This document shows positions 1 through 10,170 of a stretch of DNA of 32,000 nucleotides, in pieces; the first letter of the stretch is position 1, and each line of letters opens with the position of its first letter. The notes under the pieces are model-generated. The model saw only the letters and a list, made by a program, of their open reading frames with translations. It was not told where the DNA came from and did not search any database. The translations under genes were made by a program, and so were the position numbers. This stretch comes from Prochlorococcus marinus subsp. pastoris str. CCMP1986. GTDB lineage: Bacteria; Cyanobacteriota; Cyanobacteriia; PCC-6307; Cyanobiaceae. Location: contig NC_005072.1 in NCBI RefSeq assembly GCF_000011465.1, forward strand, positions 1,140,001 through 1,172,000, in the 5' to 3' direction.

Positions 1-788
1 TAGGGAATTTAAGTGATTTATCCTCAAGAGCAATAAATATTTTAAAAAATGTTTCTTTAATTGCATGCGAAGATACTAGACAAACAAAAAAAATAATGAA
101 CAAATTCGAATTCACAAATAATCTTATAAGCTTCAATAAGCATAATTCTTTAAAAAAAATCCCAAGAATAATTAATGATCTAAACTCAGGAAAATCGGTA
201 GCCTTAGTCAGTGATGCTGGGATGCCAAGTATTTGTGATCCTGGGGAGGATCTTGTTAAGAATGTTAGGTCGAATGGATCAAATATAATTTGTATCCCGG
301 GACCATGCGCAGCTCTTACTGCCCTTGTATCAAGTGGTTTGCCTTCTTCTAAATTTATATTTGAAGGTTTTCTTCCAAAAAAAAAGTCACAAAGAGAAAA
401 AATTCTTTTTGAAATCAGTAAAAATGAAAAGACTACAATTATTTATGAATCTCCTCATCGCCTAAAGAAATTACTGAATGAACTAAAAATTTATTGCGGT
501 GGCGAAAGAGAAATTCAAGTCTCCCGAGAACTAACAAAAAAGTTTGAAGAACATATTGGTAATGATATTAATAACGTAATAAAAACTTTTCAAGAAAAAG
601 AGGTAATAGGTGAGTTAACTATAGTTATTAAGGGAATCAAGAAAGAAAGCAACTTATTAATTAACAAATCAGATTTAAAAAAAGAGCTTAACGAATTAAT
701 TAAGGCCGGATTAAGCTTATCAGCCGCATCAAAATACTTAGCAAAAAAACATGGAATTAAAAAAAGCGAAACTTATAATTTGAATTAA
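1..788 (+). CDS. rsmI: 16S rRNA (cytidine1402-2'-O)-methyltransferase RsmI, 5'-truncated by the window edge
   Basis: The reading frame stays open from position 3 upstream of the tracked ATG at 96 (GNLSDLSSRAINILKNVSLIACEDTRQTKKIM...). Tetrapyrrole-methylase/RsmI hallmarks are present: ACEDTR, SDAGMPSICDPGEDLV, PGPCAALTALVSSGLP, FEGFLP, ESPHRL. Confidence 0.85.
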   Translation, partial: GNLSDLSSRAINILKNVSLIACEDTRQTKKIMNKFEFTNNLISFNKHNSLKKIPRIINDLNSGKSVALVSDAGMPSICDPGEDLVKNVRSNGSNIICIPGPCAALTALVSSGLPSSKFIFEGFLPKKKSQREKILFEISKNEKTTIIYESPHRLKKLLNELKIYCGGEREIQVSRELTKKFEEHIGNDINNVIKTFQEKEVIGELTIVIKGIKKESNLLINKSDLKKELNELIKAGLSLSAASKYLAKKHGIKKSETYNLN

Positions 789-809
789 TATTTATATAAA
801 TAAAAGAAT

Positions 810-1028
810 ATGCCTCTTCGATTAAAAAACTTAGTTTTCAACGTAACATTCAATTCTTGTTTGTTTTTAATATTAATAATTGGTATTCAAAATAGTTCAA
901 AGAAAAGTAGTATTAATTTGTTGATAGATGAAACAGTAAATTTACCAATTAGTTTTATTATTGGATCAAGTTTCATAAGCGGATCTATTATTGGAAGTAT
1001 CCTAAGTTCAAATTCCGGTAATAAATAA
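810..1028 (+). CDS. Small two-TM membrane protein (possibly LapA/DUF1049-like), hypothetical
   Basis: 72-aa ORF with an ATG start and two hydrophobic segments (CLFLILIIGI; ISFIIGSSFISGSIIGSIL). It is tightly packed after rsmI. No motif gives a firm family call. Confidence 0.4.
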   Translation: MPLRLKNLVFNVTFNSCLFLILIIGIQNSSKKSSINLLIDETVNLPISFIIGSSFISGSIIGSILSSNSGNK

Positions 1029-1031
1029 TAA

Positions 1032-1688
1032 TTAAAGCGCTATTAATTTTTCAGAACTTACAATCCTTGAAATTCCGCGAGATCGCAAAATAGGTGCAAC
1101 TATTCTGAAAACATCTGTATTTGGAACCTTAATTACTTTTTGTTCCTTATTACAAAATCTCTTTGCAATTTTTAAATCAAAAAATATTGAAATAGTTTTT
1201 CTATTTAAATCATCAATTGGAAGAAAACTCCATTCTGGATAATCTTTTAATAGTTTTATTTCTAACTCAATTTTTTTATCAACTATCATATAAACCAAAT
1301 CTGGTAATTTAATTTCTGAAATTGACACTGATGATAAATCTTTTTGTTTTTCAGGCAGTTCATCAAGTAAAGGAGGAACCTCACAGAAAGATTGTACGAA
1401 AAAGCTCTCATTAGCACTATAGGTATCAATATCTTTCTTATTTTCTTCCTCACTAAAAGAATCTGTTTTTCTGAAATTAGTTCCACCTATAGTTTTTTTT
1501 GTTTGACTAGAAAAGGATATTTTTTTTTTAAATTTCTTAAAATCAATTTCTCCAAAAATTATCTTTAACTGTCTTGTTATTGTTTGTTGTGAAAATTGAA
1601 AACTTTTAGATATTTCCTGAATTGAATTGCCTTGAATAAATAAATCTTTTATTTGTTTTTTTTGTAGTTCAGAAACTTTCTTGGACAC
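1032..1688 (-). CDS. Hypothetical protein with an N-terminal helix-turn-helix motif
   Basis: 218-aa ORF with a GTG start at 1688. The N-terminus IQGNSIQEISKSFQFSQQTITRQLK resembles a short HTH (sigma-70 region 4 / resolvase-type). The C-terminal domain is unrecognised. It is divergent from manC. Confidence 0.5.
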   Translation of the reverse strand: MSKKVSELQKKQIKDLFIQGNSIQEISKSFQFSQQTITRQLKIIFGEIDFKKFKKKISFSSQTKKTIGGTNFRKTDSFSEEENKKDIDTYSANESFFVQSFCEVPPLLDELPEKQKDLSSVSISEIKLPDLVYMIVDKKIELEIKLLKDYPEWSFLPIDDLNRKTISIFFDLKIAKRFCNKEQKVIKVPNTDVFRIVAPILRSRGISRIVSSEKLIAL

Positions 1689-1785
1689 AAAATTTAATAT
1701 GGATTAATTTTTATTTTACTATATAAAATTATGCTAAATTTAAAAAAAAATCAACTCAGACTTAAAAGTGAAATAGTTTAAAAAT

Positions 1786-3243
1786 ATGATAAATAATTTA
1801 AAATCAGATTTAAAATTGCAGCCTGTAATTTTATCAGGAGGAAAGGGTTCAAGACTTTGGCCTTTATCTAGAGAATGTTATCCAAAACAATATTTAGAAT
1901 TATATGAGGGAAATAAGTTTTCGTTATTGCAGAATACTTTTTTAAGACTAAATCTCTTAGATAACTTAGAGCCTCCAATAATAATTTGTAATGAATCACA
2001 AAGATTTCTTGTGGCGGAACAAATGTTAAAGATAAATGTAGTGCCAAAGTCCATAATTATTGAGCCCGTAGGTAAAAATACAGGGCCCGCAGTAGCCCTA
2101 GCGGCAATTGCTGCAAATAAAAAAGGACAAGATCCAGCTCTTCTTATCCTTTCTTCGGATCATGTGATTAATGATTCGAAAGAGTTTACAGCAACCATAA
2201 TTGAAGGACTAATACATGCAAAGCAAGGAAAAATTGTCTCTTTTGGAGTAGTTCCAACATATCCAGAAACTGGTTATGGATATATTGAATCACTTGAAGA
2301 ACTAACCAATTTTAAGAAATCAAGTTCTATAAAAAGATTTATAGAAAAACCTGAAGAAGATAGGGCTAAACAATTTATTCAAAGCAATCTATTTACTTGG
2401 AATAGTGGGATTTTCCTATTTAAAGCATCAACTATTATTCAAGAATTCAATAGATTCGCTCCTGAAATTATTCATATTTGTAAGAAATCTATTGTTAGTG
2501 CAGTAAGTGATCTTGATTTTCTTAGATTAAACAATGAAATTTTTCAAAAATGTCCAAATGTTCCAATCGATATCGCAATAATGGAAAAAACAGATAAAGG
2601 TACTGTAGTTAGGCTAAATGCTGGATGGAGTGATATTGGAAATTGGGAATCTGTTTGGGATAATTCGACTAAAGACAATGAAAGAAACTCCACTAAAGGT
2701 AATGTTCTACTGATGGAATCTCATGGATGCTATTTAAGGAGTGAAAAAAGACTCCTTGTAGGTCTAGGACTAAAAGATCTTATAGTAATTGAAACTGATG
2801 ATGCCGTACTTGTAATTAATAAAAGCTCAGCTCAAAAAGTTAAGCATATAGTAGAGGATTTAGAGAAAAAAAATATTTCAGAAGGAAAAGTCAATAAAAA
2901 AATATACAGGCCATGGGGAAGTTATACTTCAATTTCTAATGGAATTACTTGGCAAGTAAAAAAATTAGAGGTAAATCCAGGTGCGAGTCTATCTTTACAG
3001 ATGCATTTTCACAGAACTGAGCATTGGATAATTGTTGATGGCACTGCAAAAGTTGAAATTAATAATCACGAAACGATCTTAAATCAAAACGAAAGTATAT
3101 ATGTTCCTATTCAGGCGAAACATCGATTATCTAATCCAGGAAACGAGAACTTAATAATAATAGAAGTACAAAATGGTAAATATCTTGGGGAGGACGATAT
3201 TGTAAGGTTCGAAGATATCTATGGAAGAAAAAAAGATCTTTAG
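1786..3243 (+). CDS. manC: Bifunctional mannose-1-phosphate guanylyltransferase / mannose-6-phosphate isomerase (type II PMI-GMP)
   Basis: N-terminal ILSGGKGSRLWPLSRECYPKQY nucleotidyltransferase motif. C-terminal cupin region RPWGSY...VKKLEVNPGASLSLQMHFHRTEHWIIVDGTAKVEI. The 485-aa length is typical. Confidence 0.9.
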   Translation: MINNLKSDLKLQPVILSGGKGSRLWPLSRECYPKQYLELYEGNKFSLLQNTFLRLNLLDNLEPPIIICNESQRFLVAEQMLKINVVPKSIIIEPVGKNTGPAVALAAIAANKKGQDPALLILSSDHVINDSKEFTATIIEGLIHAKQGKIVSFGVVPTYPETGYGYIESLEELTNFKKSSSIKRFIEKPEEDRAKQFIQSNLFTWNSGIFLFKASTIIQEFNRFAPEIIHICKKSIVSAVSDLDFLRLNNEIFQKCPNVPIDIAIMEKTDKGTVVRLNAGWSDIGNWESVWDNSTKDNERNSTKGNVLLMESHGCYLRSEKRLLVGLGLKDLIVIETDDAVLVINKSSAQKVKHIVEDLEKKNISEGKVNKKIYRPWGSYTSISNGITWQVKKLEVNPGASLSLQMHFHRTEHWIIVDGTAKVEINNHETILNQNESIYVPIQAKHRLSNPGNENLIIIEVQNGKYLGEDDIVRFEDIYGRKKDL

Positions 3244-3409
3244 AAAATCTTTATTTTGGCACTAATATAATTTTTGAAATAACAAATTTAAAACAATCTT
3301 GTTTGTATTCATTTTTATCAGTAAACTCTTAAGGTGGAGTTAAAAAATTAAAAACAAAATTCCTTCAAAATAATGATTATTCTGAATATTTTTTTTCAGG
3401 ATTTTTATT

Positions 3410-3483
<74 letters not shown>

Positions 3484-3638
3484 TAAATCAAAATTAATTT
3501 ATACATCTGATCATTAGATTATGATCAATTAAAAATTTCTTTTTGAAATTATAACTTTTAACCAATTTATAAATCGACATAAAATGTGAACTATTATATT
3601 AACATTAACTAACATTAATATATCTTCCAAGAAATTTT

Positions 3639-5000
3639 GTGAATTTTAATTTTATTCCGAGAATAGAATTCAAAGAGCTTTTTGTTAAATCTAATAAAAA
3701 TTTAAATGGTATTAATTATTTTAGAATTGGAGTCTTCTTATTACCAAGTGCCTTTAGTGTATCATCTATATTTCTAATAATTGCTTTAATCATTAATACT
3801 AAGAGCGAAAAGATTAATTATTTTAAAGACTACTTCAATTACCCTTTGTTCCTCTCAGGGATATTAATTTTAATAACTGCAATATCAAATTATTTATCAA
3901 ATTCTCAAATTGCAGATATGAGATTTGAGAATAGAATCCAATTTTTACTTGATATTGCAAATTGGATTCCTTTTTTTTATGTATTCTCATCATTTGGAAA
4001 TTATCTCTCAAATACAAAACTAAGGAAAGAATTTTCAATTTTACTTATTTCGGGTTCTCTCCCAATTTTTGTAAGTGGTTTTTACCAGTTTTTTTTATTT
4101 AAATTTAATATGCCTTTTTCACTTTCTGGGCCTTATAAGTTATTTAATGGATTAATTACTTGGTATCAGTATGTGATCCAACCTACAGGAGAATTAGGAG
4201 TAACAAGTATCTTTAATAATCCAAATTACCTTGGATGTTGGCTTTTAATTTTGTTACCATTTTCAATGTTTTTATCAATTCAAAAATACGAAAAAAGATA
4301 TCAAAAAATTTTTGCATTAAGTTTTTTAATATCGATAGTTATTCTGATAGCACTCTCTAAATCCAGAGCAGCTTTAGGCCTATTAGCATTATCTATACCA
4401 GCAACATTTGAATTGAATTTATTAATAACAACATTATTTTTAATATTTTATTTAAGTACGAATTTATTAATAATATTTTTTGCAAATACAGATTATCAAT
4501 CATCAATAAAACAACTAATACCTGAACAAATAATTAATGATTTTTCTCAAAGTAAACTTTTGGGAAATCCATCTAGAGAATTAAGATCTGATATTTGGTC
4601 GAGTGCAATAAATTTTATAAAGTTAAAGCCATTATTTGGTATAGGTGCAGGACTATTCCCATTAGTTTATATTTCTAGGAATGAATTAACTGAAGAAGTG
4701 AACAACTGGGTTGGTCATACTCACAATTTATTTTTGGAGTTAGCATTTAATTATGGCTTAATTTTAGCTTCTGTTATCAGCTTCTTTATACTTTTTCTAA
4801 TTATCAAAAGTTTTTTTGTAATCCGATTTAATAAATTAAAAGCTTGTAATAGTATTAATAATTTCAATAGGGCATGGTGGGCAGCGACGATATTATTAGT
4901 TTCATCTCAACTTGTAGATGTTCAATACTACGATGGAAGAATTTCTATTGTATTTTGGATACTATTATCAGGATTAAGGGCAATTATAAAAGAGGGTTAA
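3639..5000 (+). CDS. O-antigen ligase / polymerase family (Wzy_C-type) polytopic membrane protein
   Basis: 453 aa with a GTG start and about 10-12 hydrophobic segments. It carries the SKSRAALGLL, GIGAGLF and WVGHTHNLFLELAFNYGL motifs characteristic of the O-antigen ligase domain. Confidence 0.7.
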   Translation: MNFNFIPRIEFKELFVKSNKNLNGINYFRIGVFLLPSAFSVSSIFLIIALIINTKSEKINYFKDYFNYPLFLSGILILITAISNYLSNSQIADMRFENRIQFLLDIANWIPFFYVFSSFGNYLSNTKLRKEFSILLISGSLPIFVSGFYQFFLFKFNMPFSLSGPYKLFNGLITWYQYVIQPTGELGVTSIFNNPNYLGCWLLILLPFSMFLSIQKYEKRYQKIFALSFLISIVILIALSKSRAALGLLALSIPATFELNLLITTLFLIFYLSTNLLIIFFANTDYQSSIKQLIPEQIINDFSQSKLLGNPSRELRSDIWSSAINFIKLKPLFGIGAGLFPLVYISRNELTEEVNNWVGHTHNLFLELAFNYGLILASVISFFILFLIIKSFFVIRFNKLKACNSINNFNRAWWAATILLVSSQLVDVQYYDGRISIVFWILLSGLRAIIKEG

Positions 5001-5323
5001 TAGAGTAATAGTTAAATTAAGAAAGACATTTATATTAATTATTTTTCTTGAATTTAAATGCCAAAGGGTGTCTATCTCTAGATGAATTTATTGGTCTTGG
5101 AAGTGGAAGTTTAAAACTAAAATTTTGATTTTGATTTTTTCTATTTCATTAATTTTATAGAAAACCTTCTTAGTCTTTAAAATTCATATTCAAAACTTTT
5201 TGTCTTCTAATTTTTATAGGCAAATCTTCTAACCAGAATTTTTCATTCTACTTTAGTTATTTTTAATGTTCTGAATGCTTTTTGAAGAAAATTATAAATT
5301 CCAAAAATTTCTGGTAAAAATTT

Positions 5324-6697
5324 TTAAGAAGAAATACTTTTTGAAGATAAAGCTTTTGGATCTTTTTTAAGCAACTTAACAATCTCTATTAACATTAATA
5401 TTGAAAATAAAATATAAGGTAGAGATCCCAGTCCCCTTAAATAATTGGGTAAACCGTGAAACATATGACATGAAAGTGCATAAAAAGTTTGATAGAAATT
5501 CAAAAAACAAATCCACATTAAAAAAGAAATAAATAATCTTCCATTTTTCATTAATTTTTTATCGTAAATATATCTAATCATCATTGGCGAAACAGCGAAG
5601 AAGAAAAGAAAGAATTGCGGATGTCCTACTTTATAAAAAGTAAACGCAAATGCCAAAGTTAATATAACTGCTGGTAAAAGATCGATCTTATTTTTATATA
5701 TGAAAAATAGTACGATAAGTAATACTAAACCCATAGCGAATAAACTATATTCATCAAGATTAATTCCTACAATTCTTCTGAAGAAATTAAAGAAAGAGAG
5801 ATGCTTAGAATGCCTGTCGGCCGCATATAATATTGGGTTTAGGGTTGAATTACCCCAAATAATTATTGAAGTGAATAATATACTAATTATTGATAAAAAA
5901 TACGAAGTAAAAAAATTAACATCAATTCTTTTTTTCCTTAGGATAAATAATGGAGCAATGAAGACTGGGTAGACTTTTATCATCGTTGCTAAAGCAAGAG
6001 ATATACCAGACAGCAAGCTATTTTGTTTTGTATTGTTGGATAAAGATAGATATAACGATAAAACTATTAAACCAGCCACTGGGGTATCATTAAGTCCATA
6101 ATATGCAATGGTTAGTAGACAAAATGGTGAAAAAGCAAATACTGAAAATATTCTTATTTTTGAAAAAGTATCTAATTCTCTTTTAAAATTTAAGGGAGAT
6201 ATTGAAGATAAATACATTGGAATTGCAAATATACAAACGAATACAAATTTTGGTAAGGAATTGTTTATAACTGCTAATGGGGCAAAAATATTATGGATTG
6301 GTAAGTAAGCATTATCTGTTCCAATCCAAGGATCCAATCCTTGATTAATAATTGCCCAATGATTTAAATAAGCTTTATAGTCCATGACTCCATTCCTACT
6401 AGCTATAAATATCAGTCCTATCGAAACTAAACAATAAAAAGCAGTTAATTTTATTGATTTATATTCATTTTTTATATTAATAAACGTTCCATCAATTTTT
6501 TCATTGCTTAAAATTTTTAAAATAGCAGCTTTTAGTAAATATGAAGAGAAAATTGCAGATATTAAAGCCTGGGAAAAAATAATAAAAGTATTAATATCAT
6601 AATTAAACATATAGTATAGTTTGCAAACTAATGCTGCCTGAAAAATAATTACTGGCGTTGAAAAGATAAAAAAAAAGAGGTATCTATTAATTTTCAT
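5324..6697 (-). CDS. GT-C-like polytopic membrane glycosyltransferase candidate (DUF2029/GT87-like), paralog A
   Basis: 457 aa, multi-pass membrane protein. The first-loop motif MDYKAYLNHWAIINQGLDPWIGTDNAYLPIHNIFAPL resembles the D..Y...G..P(Y/W)....Y.P pattern of polyprenyl-phosphate-sugar-dependent GT-C enzymes. By eye it is roughly two-thirds identical to the ORF at 14292-15683. Confidence 0.5.
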   Translation of the reverse strand: MKINRYLFFFIFSTPVIIFQAALVCKLYYMFNYDINTFIIFSQALISAIFSSYLLKAAILKILSNEKIDGTFINIKNEYKSIKLTAFYCLVSIGLIFIASRNGVMDYKAYLNHWAIINQGLDPWIGTDNAYLPIHNIFAPLAVINNSLPKFVFVCIFAIPMYLSSISPLNFKRELDTFSKIRIFSVFAFSPFCLLTIAYYGLNDTPVAGLIVLSLYLSLSNNTKQNSLLSGISLALATMIKVYPVFIAPLFILRKKRIDVNFFTSYFLSIISILFTSIIIWGNSTLNPILYAADRHSKHLSFFNFFRRIVGINLDEYSLFAMGLVLLIVLFFIYKNKIDLLPAVILTLAFAFTFYKVGHPQFFLFFFAVSPMMIRYIYDKKLMKNGRLFISFLMWICFLNFYQTFYALSCHMFHGLPNYLRGLGSLPYILFSILMLIEIVKLLKKDPKALSSKSISS

Positions 6698-6829
6698 TTT
6701 TAGATAGAGTTATTGTTGAATTTATCATTTAATTTAAAAATCAATTCTTATATGTTTTACAATTGATATACATTAAATTTATTATAAAATATCTCTTAAT
6801 AAGAATTACTTCAAGTTATTAGTAATTAT

Positions 6830-7942
6830 TCAAGTTTTTTTCCACACAAATTTAGTAGATGCTGTGTAATTCCATATAAAACAAATAGCTATTCCAAATA
6901 TTTGTGCCCAAAATACATTTCCCAAAATATACGTATAAAAAGCTGTTGATAGCGCAAAATTCGTAATTAATGGTATGGATGTGATGAGAAGAAATCTTAT
7001 TAATCCAATTAATAGTAAATTCCCACTTAATTTATTTGATCTAAATGTTAAAGAGTTATTAATCAAAAAGTTTGATGTTGCAGAAACTAATATTGAAAAT
7101 AAAATAACTTGTTCAAAGTCTAAGTTCGTAATACTCATTAAAAAGTAAGTAATAGATAATTGAATAATTATTCCACTGATGCCTATGAGCCCAAAACTTA
7201 TAGCTCGGCGAGGAAGTAATTTAAAACTTAAATTATGCAATATTGAAATTACAAAATTCCATAAAATTGGCAATTCGATTATAGTTTTATCGTTTAAATT
7301 GGCATCTACGATAAGAGGTATTTCTCCAATTGATAGATTTCCTTTACTCATTGCAAGAAATTCAAAAATAAAATTAAATCCATCAATTTCAATCTTATTA
7401 ATTAATCTTTTACATACAGTCTTTCTTAATACAAAGAAACCTGTCATGCAGTCTGTAATGTGTGAATATTTGTTAGAAAGACAATACTTTCCAAGTTTGT
7501 TGGTAATTTTAGAAATTTTTTTTCTTTTCTTGTTCAGGCCTTTTATTTCAGAACTATAGTTAAATCGACTGCCTAATACTAAATCTAGATTATTTTCGAT
7601 TAACTTATCAAAGGCGGTTATCAGTGAATTTGGGTCATATTGACAATCGTCTTCTATTACAGCTATAAATTCTGATGATGATTCAATTATTAATTTCTTT
7701 ATTGAATTTGAAACTTCTGATTTTTTTACTTTATTAATTAGTTTGATTTTTTTATTCTTGAGAGATGAATTTCCTTCTATTCCTGCAAATTCAGTATCAA
7801 GGCTCAAAATAATAATCTCAATATCAAAAAGCTTTTTAAAATTATTTATCTTATTAAGCAAGATATATAAATTCTCGAATTTTTCGTTTTTTATAAGCAG
7901 GATAGTTATATTCGGTTTATCTTTTTTTTTAGTTGATCGCAT
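6830..7942 (-). CDS. Polyprenyl-phosphate glycosyltransferase (GT2, DPM1/GtrB-like) fused to a C-terminal GtrA-like 4-TM domain
   Basis: GT2 core motifs are VIEDDCQYDP (DxD...Q..P), LVLGSRF, DCMTGFFVLRK and GFNFIFEFL. The C-terminal ~130 aa has four TM segments with GtrA-type signatures (RRAISFGLIGISG..., FLINNSLTFR, IWNYTASTKFVW). Confidence 0.7.
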   Translation of the reverse strand: MRSTKKKDKPNITILLIKNEKFENLYILLNKINNFKKLFDIEIIILSLDTEFAGIEGNSSLKNKKIKLINKVKKSEVSNSIKKLIIESSSEFIAVIEDDCQYDPNSLITAFDKLIENNLDLVLGSRFNYSSEIKGLNKKRKKISKITNKLGKYCLSNKYSHITDCMTGFFVLRKTVCKRLINKIEIDGFNFIFEFLAMSKGNLSIGEIPLIVDANLNDKTIIELPILWNFVISILHNLSFKLLPRRAISFGLIGISGIIIQLSITYFLMSITNLDFEQVILFSILVSATSNFLINNSLTFRSNKLSGNLLLIGLIRFLLITSIPLITNFALSTAFYTYILGNVFWAQIFGIAICFIWNYTASTKFVWKKT

Positions 7943-8063
7943 GATATAAGTAACATATAAATAAGATCAAAGCTTTTAATAATTAAAATTTAACTATTAA
8001 TTATATTTAAATTAACTTCAAAATCTTAATTTAAAAACTTTTTTATACTTAAGAATAAATAAT

Positions 8064-9017
8064 TTATCTTATCTGATTAGAGGGCACATTATTTCTTTCC
8101 CTCTCAATAACCAAAGGCAATTTTAATGATCTTTGATTAATAAAACCAATATATTCTCCTATAATTCCTAAAGCGAATAATATAGTCCCTGCAAATAATA
8201 AGTTTGTAACAGAGATCATTGCAATACCAAAGGCAAATTTGGTCCAAAAAAGTACTTTCGTTATTATGACTATTAAAGAAAATATTATTGCTAAGCAGCC
8301 AAGGGTTAACCCAAGAAAAGTTATTAATCTCATGGGTTTTCTTGAAGAAGTAACAATTCCCAGAACTCCAAAGTCGATTAGAAATGATAAAGAAGCAGAA
8401 CTTTTCCCTGATTTTCTATCTGCACTGACATAGCTGATTGTTGACCATTTAAAACCTGTCGCACATACTAAACCTTTTACAAAAGGATAAGAATCAATAG
8501 AATCCCTTAAACTTTTAATCACTTTTCTATCGTAGATTCCGTAGCCCGTAGTATTCCTGACCATTTTTTGATCGGATAATTTTGATAAAACATAGTAATA
8601 TAATTTTTTTGTAAGAAAAAGAATTTTATTTTCCCTACTTGTTCTTCTGACAGCAAAAATTACTAAATTTTCTGTTTCTTCCCATTGTTTTATTAACTCA
8701 GGAATTAGTTCAGGCGGATCTTGAAGATCAGACATCAAGAAGATGTTTGCATCAGCGTCTGGAGCCAAAAGAACATTTGCTGATGATCTCACAAAACCAA
8801 AGTTTGATACGTTTAAAATATATCCTATCCTTTCATCTTTCTTCATTAATTCTTTAATGAAATCCAATGATGAGTCTTTCGAACAGTTATCTGCAAAAAT
8901 TATTGAGAAATTATATCCTTTAATATCTTCTAGGACTTTATCAATACGATAATAAAGCTCATCTAAGTTTTTTCTTTCGTTGAAGCATGGAATGCATATA
9001 GCAATTGATCTTTTCAA
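8064..9017 (-). CDS. Polyprenyl-phosphate sugar synthase, ArnC/GtrB-type GT2 with two C-terminal TM helices
   Basis: IAICIPCFNERKNL, FADNCSKDSS, MSDLQDPPELIP, then two C-terminal TM segments ending in the ArnC/GtrB-like GIIGEYIGFIN. The only in-frame start after the upstream stop is TTG at 9017. Confidence 0.75.
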   Translation of the reverse strand: MKRSIAICIPCFNERKNLDELYYRIDKVLEDIKGYNFSIIFADNCSKDSSLDFIKELMKKDERIGYILNVSNFGFVRSSANVLLAPDADANIFLMSDLQDPPELIPELIKQWEETENLVIFAVRRTSRENKILFLTKKLYYYVLSKLSDQKMVRNTTGYGIYDRKVIKSLRDSIDSYPFVKGLVCATGFKWSTISYVSADRKSGKSSASLSFLIDFGVLGIVTSSRKPMRLITFLGLTLGCLAIIFSLIVIITKVLFWTKFAFGIAMISVTNLLFAGTILFALGIIGEYIGFINQRSLKLPLVIERERNNVPSNQIR

Positions 9018-9094
9018 AATTGAAATTTCAAATTAATATTCAAGCATTATATTATTAAATGAAGTTAAAAAAGAATAAATAAGCTCTTATTTAA

Positions 9095-10144
9095 TTAAAT
9101 TAGTGTTGATGTCCAACTAATCATATCCTTAATACCTTTTTTGTAATTTATTTTAGGTTCCCAACCAAGTTTAATCTTAGCTTTTTTAATTGATGCGACA
9201 AAGAAATCTTGATCACTTTGTCTTCTTGGCAATTTATTATAAGAAAGTTGCTCTATATCTAATAGCTCAGACAACAAATTAAATAATTCTAATAAACTTA
9301 ATGAATTTTCTAAACCACCGCCGATATTAAATATTTCACCATTTAATTTTTCTTTTGCAAAAAATGCCTTTTCATATAGATTTACAAGATCATCCGCATG
9401 AAGAACATCTCTAACTTGTTTACCAGAGCCAGAAATTGTAAATGGTAATAACTTTTGATTAGATTTTTGCTGTTTTTTTTGTTCTATTGCTTTTTTGCAG
9501 AACCAACCTATCCATCCTTGATCTTTAGAGGCATACTGTCTCCCTCCATAAATAGAAGAATGTCTAAATACAACAGTTTTTAATCCATATATCCTTGCCC
9601 AATCTCGAACATATTGATCAGCAGAGCCTTTTGAACAGCCGTATGGAGTTGAAAAATCAAGAGGGAGATTTTCATTGAAACCCTCTGGATATTCTGAAAC
9701 ACTAAATCTAGTACTCATTTCTTTGTAATTCAACCATCCTAAATCTCCATAAACTTTATTTGTGCTGCTATAGGCTAATAAAGAATGAGGTGAATATTTG
9801 CGCATTGCCTCAAGAACATTAAATGTTCCTATTAGGTTGGTTTCTAAGTCAGTTCTTGGATCTTTAAGAGAGGTTGTCATTGCTACTTGACCAGCAACGT
9901 GACAAATATAATCAAATGGTCCATTAACCTCAAAAATATTTTCTAATTTATTTTTGTTTTTTATATCAATTTGGAAATTTTTTAAATTTTTATGATTTGT
10001 AGAGTTTTTGAGCCAACTTAAATTGATATCTGAGCCTCTTCTAACTAATGAGTCTATAATAAAAACTTCATAGTTCTTTTTAAGAAAGAAATTGGATAAA
10101 TTACTTCCTAGAAATCCACAACCACCTGTAATTAAAATCTTCAT
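9095..10144 (-). CDS. rfbE: CDP-paratose 2-epimerase (CDP-tyvelose epimerase)-like SDR
   Basis: MKILITGGCGFLGSNLS, HVAGQVAMTTS, YSSTNKVYGDL, PYGCSKGSADQY, VVFRHSSIYGGRQ..DQGWIGWFC, FTISGSGKQVRDVLHADD, FNIGGG..NSLSLLELF. This closely mirrors my recollection of Salmonella Tyv/RfbE along its whole length. Confidence 0.8.
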   Translation of the reverse strand: MKILITGGCGFLGSNLSNFFLKKNYEVFIIDSLVRRGSDINLSWLKNSTNHKNLKNFQIDIKNKNKLENIFEVNGPFDYICHVAGQVAMTTSLKDPRTDLETNLIGTFNVLEAMRKYSPHSLLAYSSTNKVYGDLGWLNYKEMSTRFSVSEYPEGFNENLPLDFSTPYGCSKGSADQYVRDWARIYGLKTVVFRHSSIYGGRQYASKDQGWIGWFCKKAIEQKKQQKSNQKLLPFTISGSGKQVRDVLHADDLVNLYEKAFFAKEKLNGEIFNIGGGLENSLSLLELFNLLSELLDIEQLSYNKLPRRQSDQDFFVASIKKAKIKLGWEPKINYKKGIKDMISWTSTLI

Positions 10145-10170
10145 CCAAGCAATTTTAACATATTAATAAT

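Noticed and set aside
3508-3527. Hairpin TGATCAT-tagatt-ATGATCA just downstream of the tRNA, considered as a terminator
   Set aside because: It has only a 7-bp AT-rich stem and no immediately following U-run. It is too weak to call as a feature.
5151-5233. Imperfect ~24-nt direct repeat (AATTTTATAG.AAA.CTTCT) spaced ~59 bp apart in the 323-bp convergent spacer 5001-5323
   Set aside because: Only about 19 of 24 positions match with indels, in very AT-rich sequence. No ORF, hairpin or further copies are evident. It is compatible with chance.
6741-6771. 7-bp inverted repeat ATCAATT...AATTGAT upstream of GT-C paralog A
   Set aside because: It is short and purely A/T-rich with a 15-nt loop, which is expected by chance in this composition.
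7179-7559. 126-aa plus-strand ORF inside the GT2-GtrA gene
   Set aside because: It lies entirely antisense to a CDS with clear family motifs. The sequence is low-complexity and Leu/Ile/Phe/Lys-rich, typical of shadow ORFs in AT-rich DNA, with no recognisable motif.
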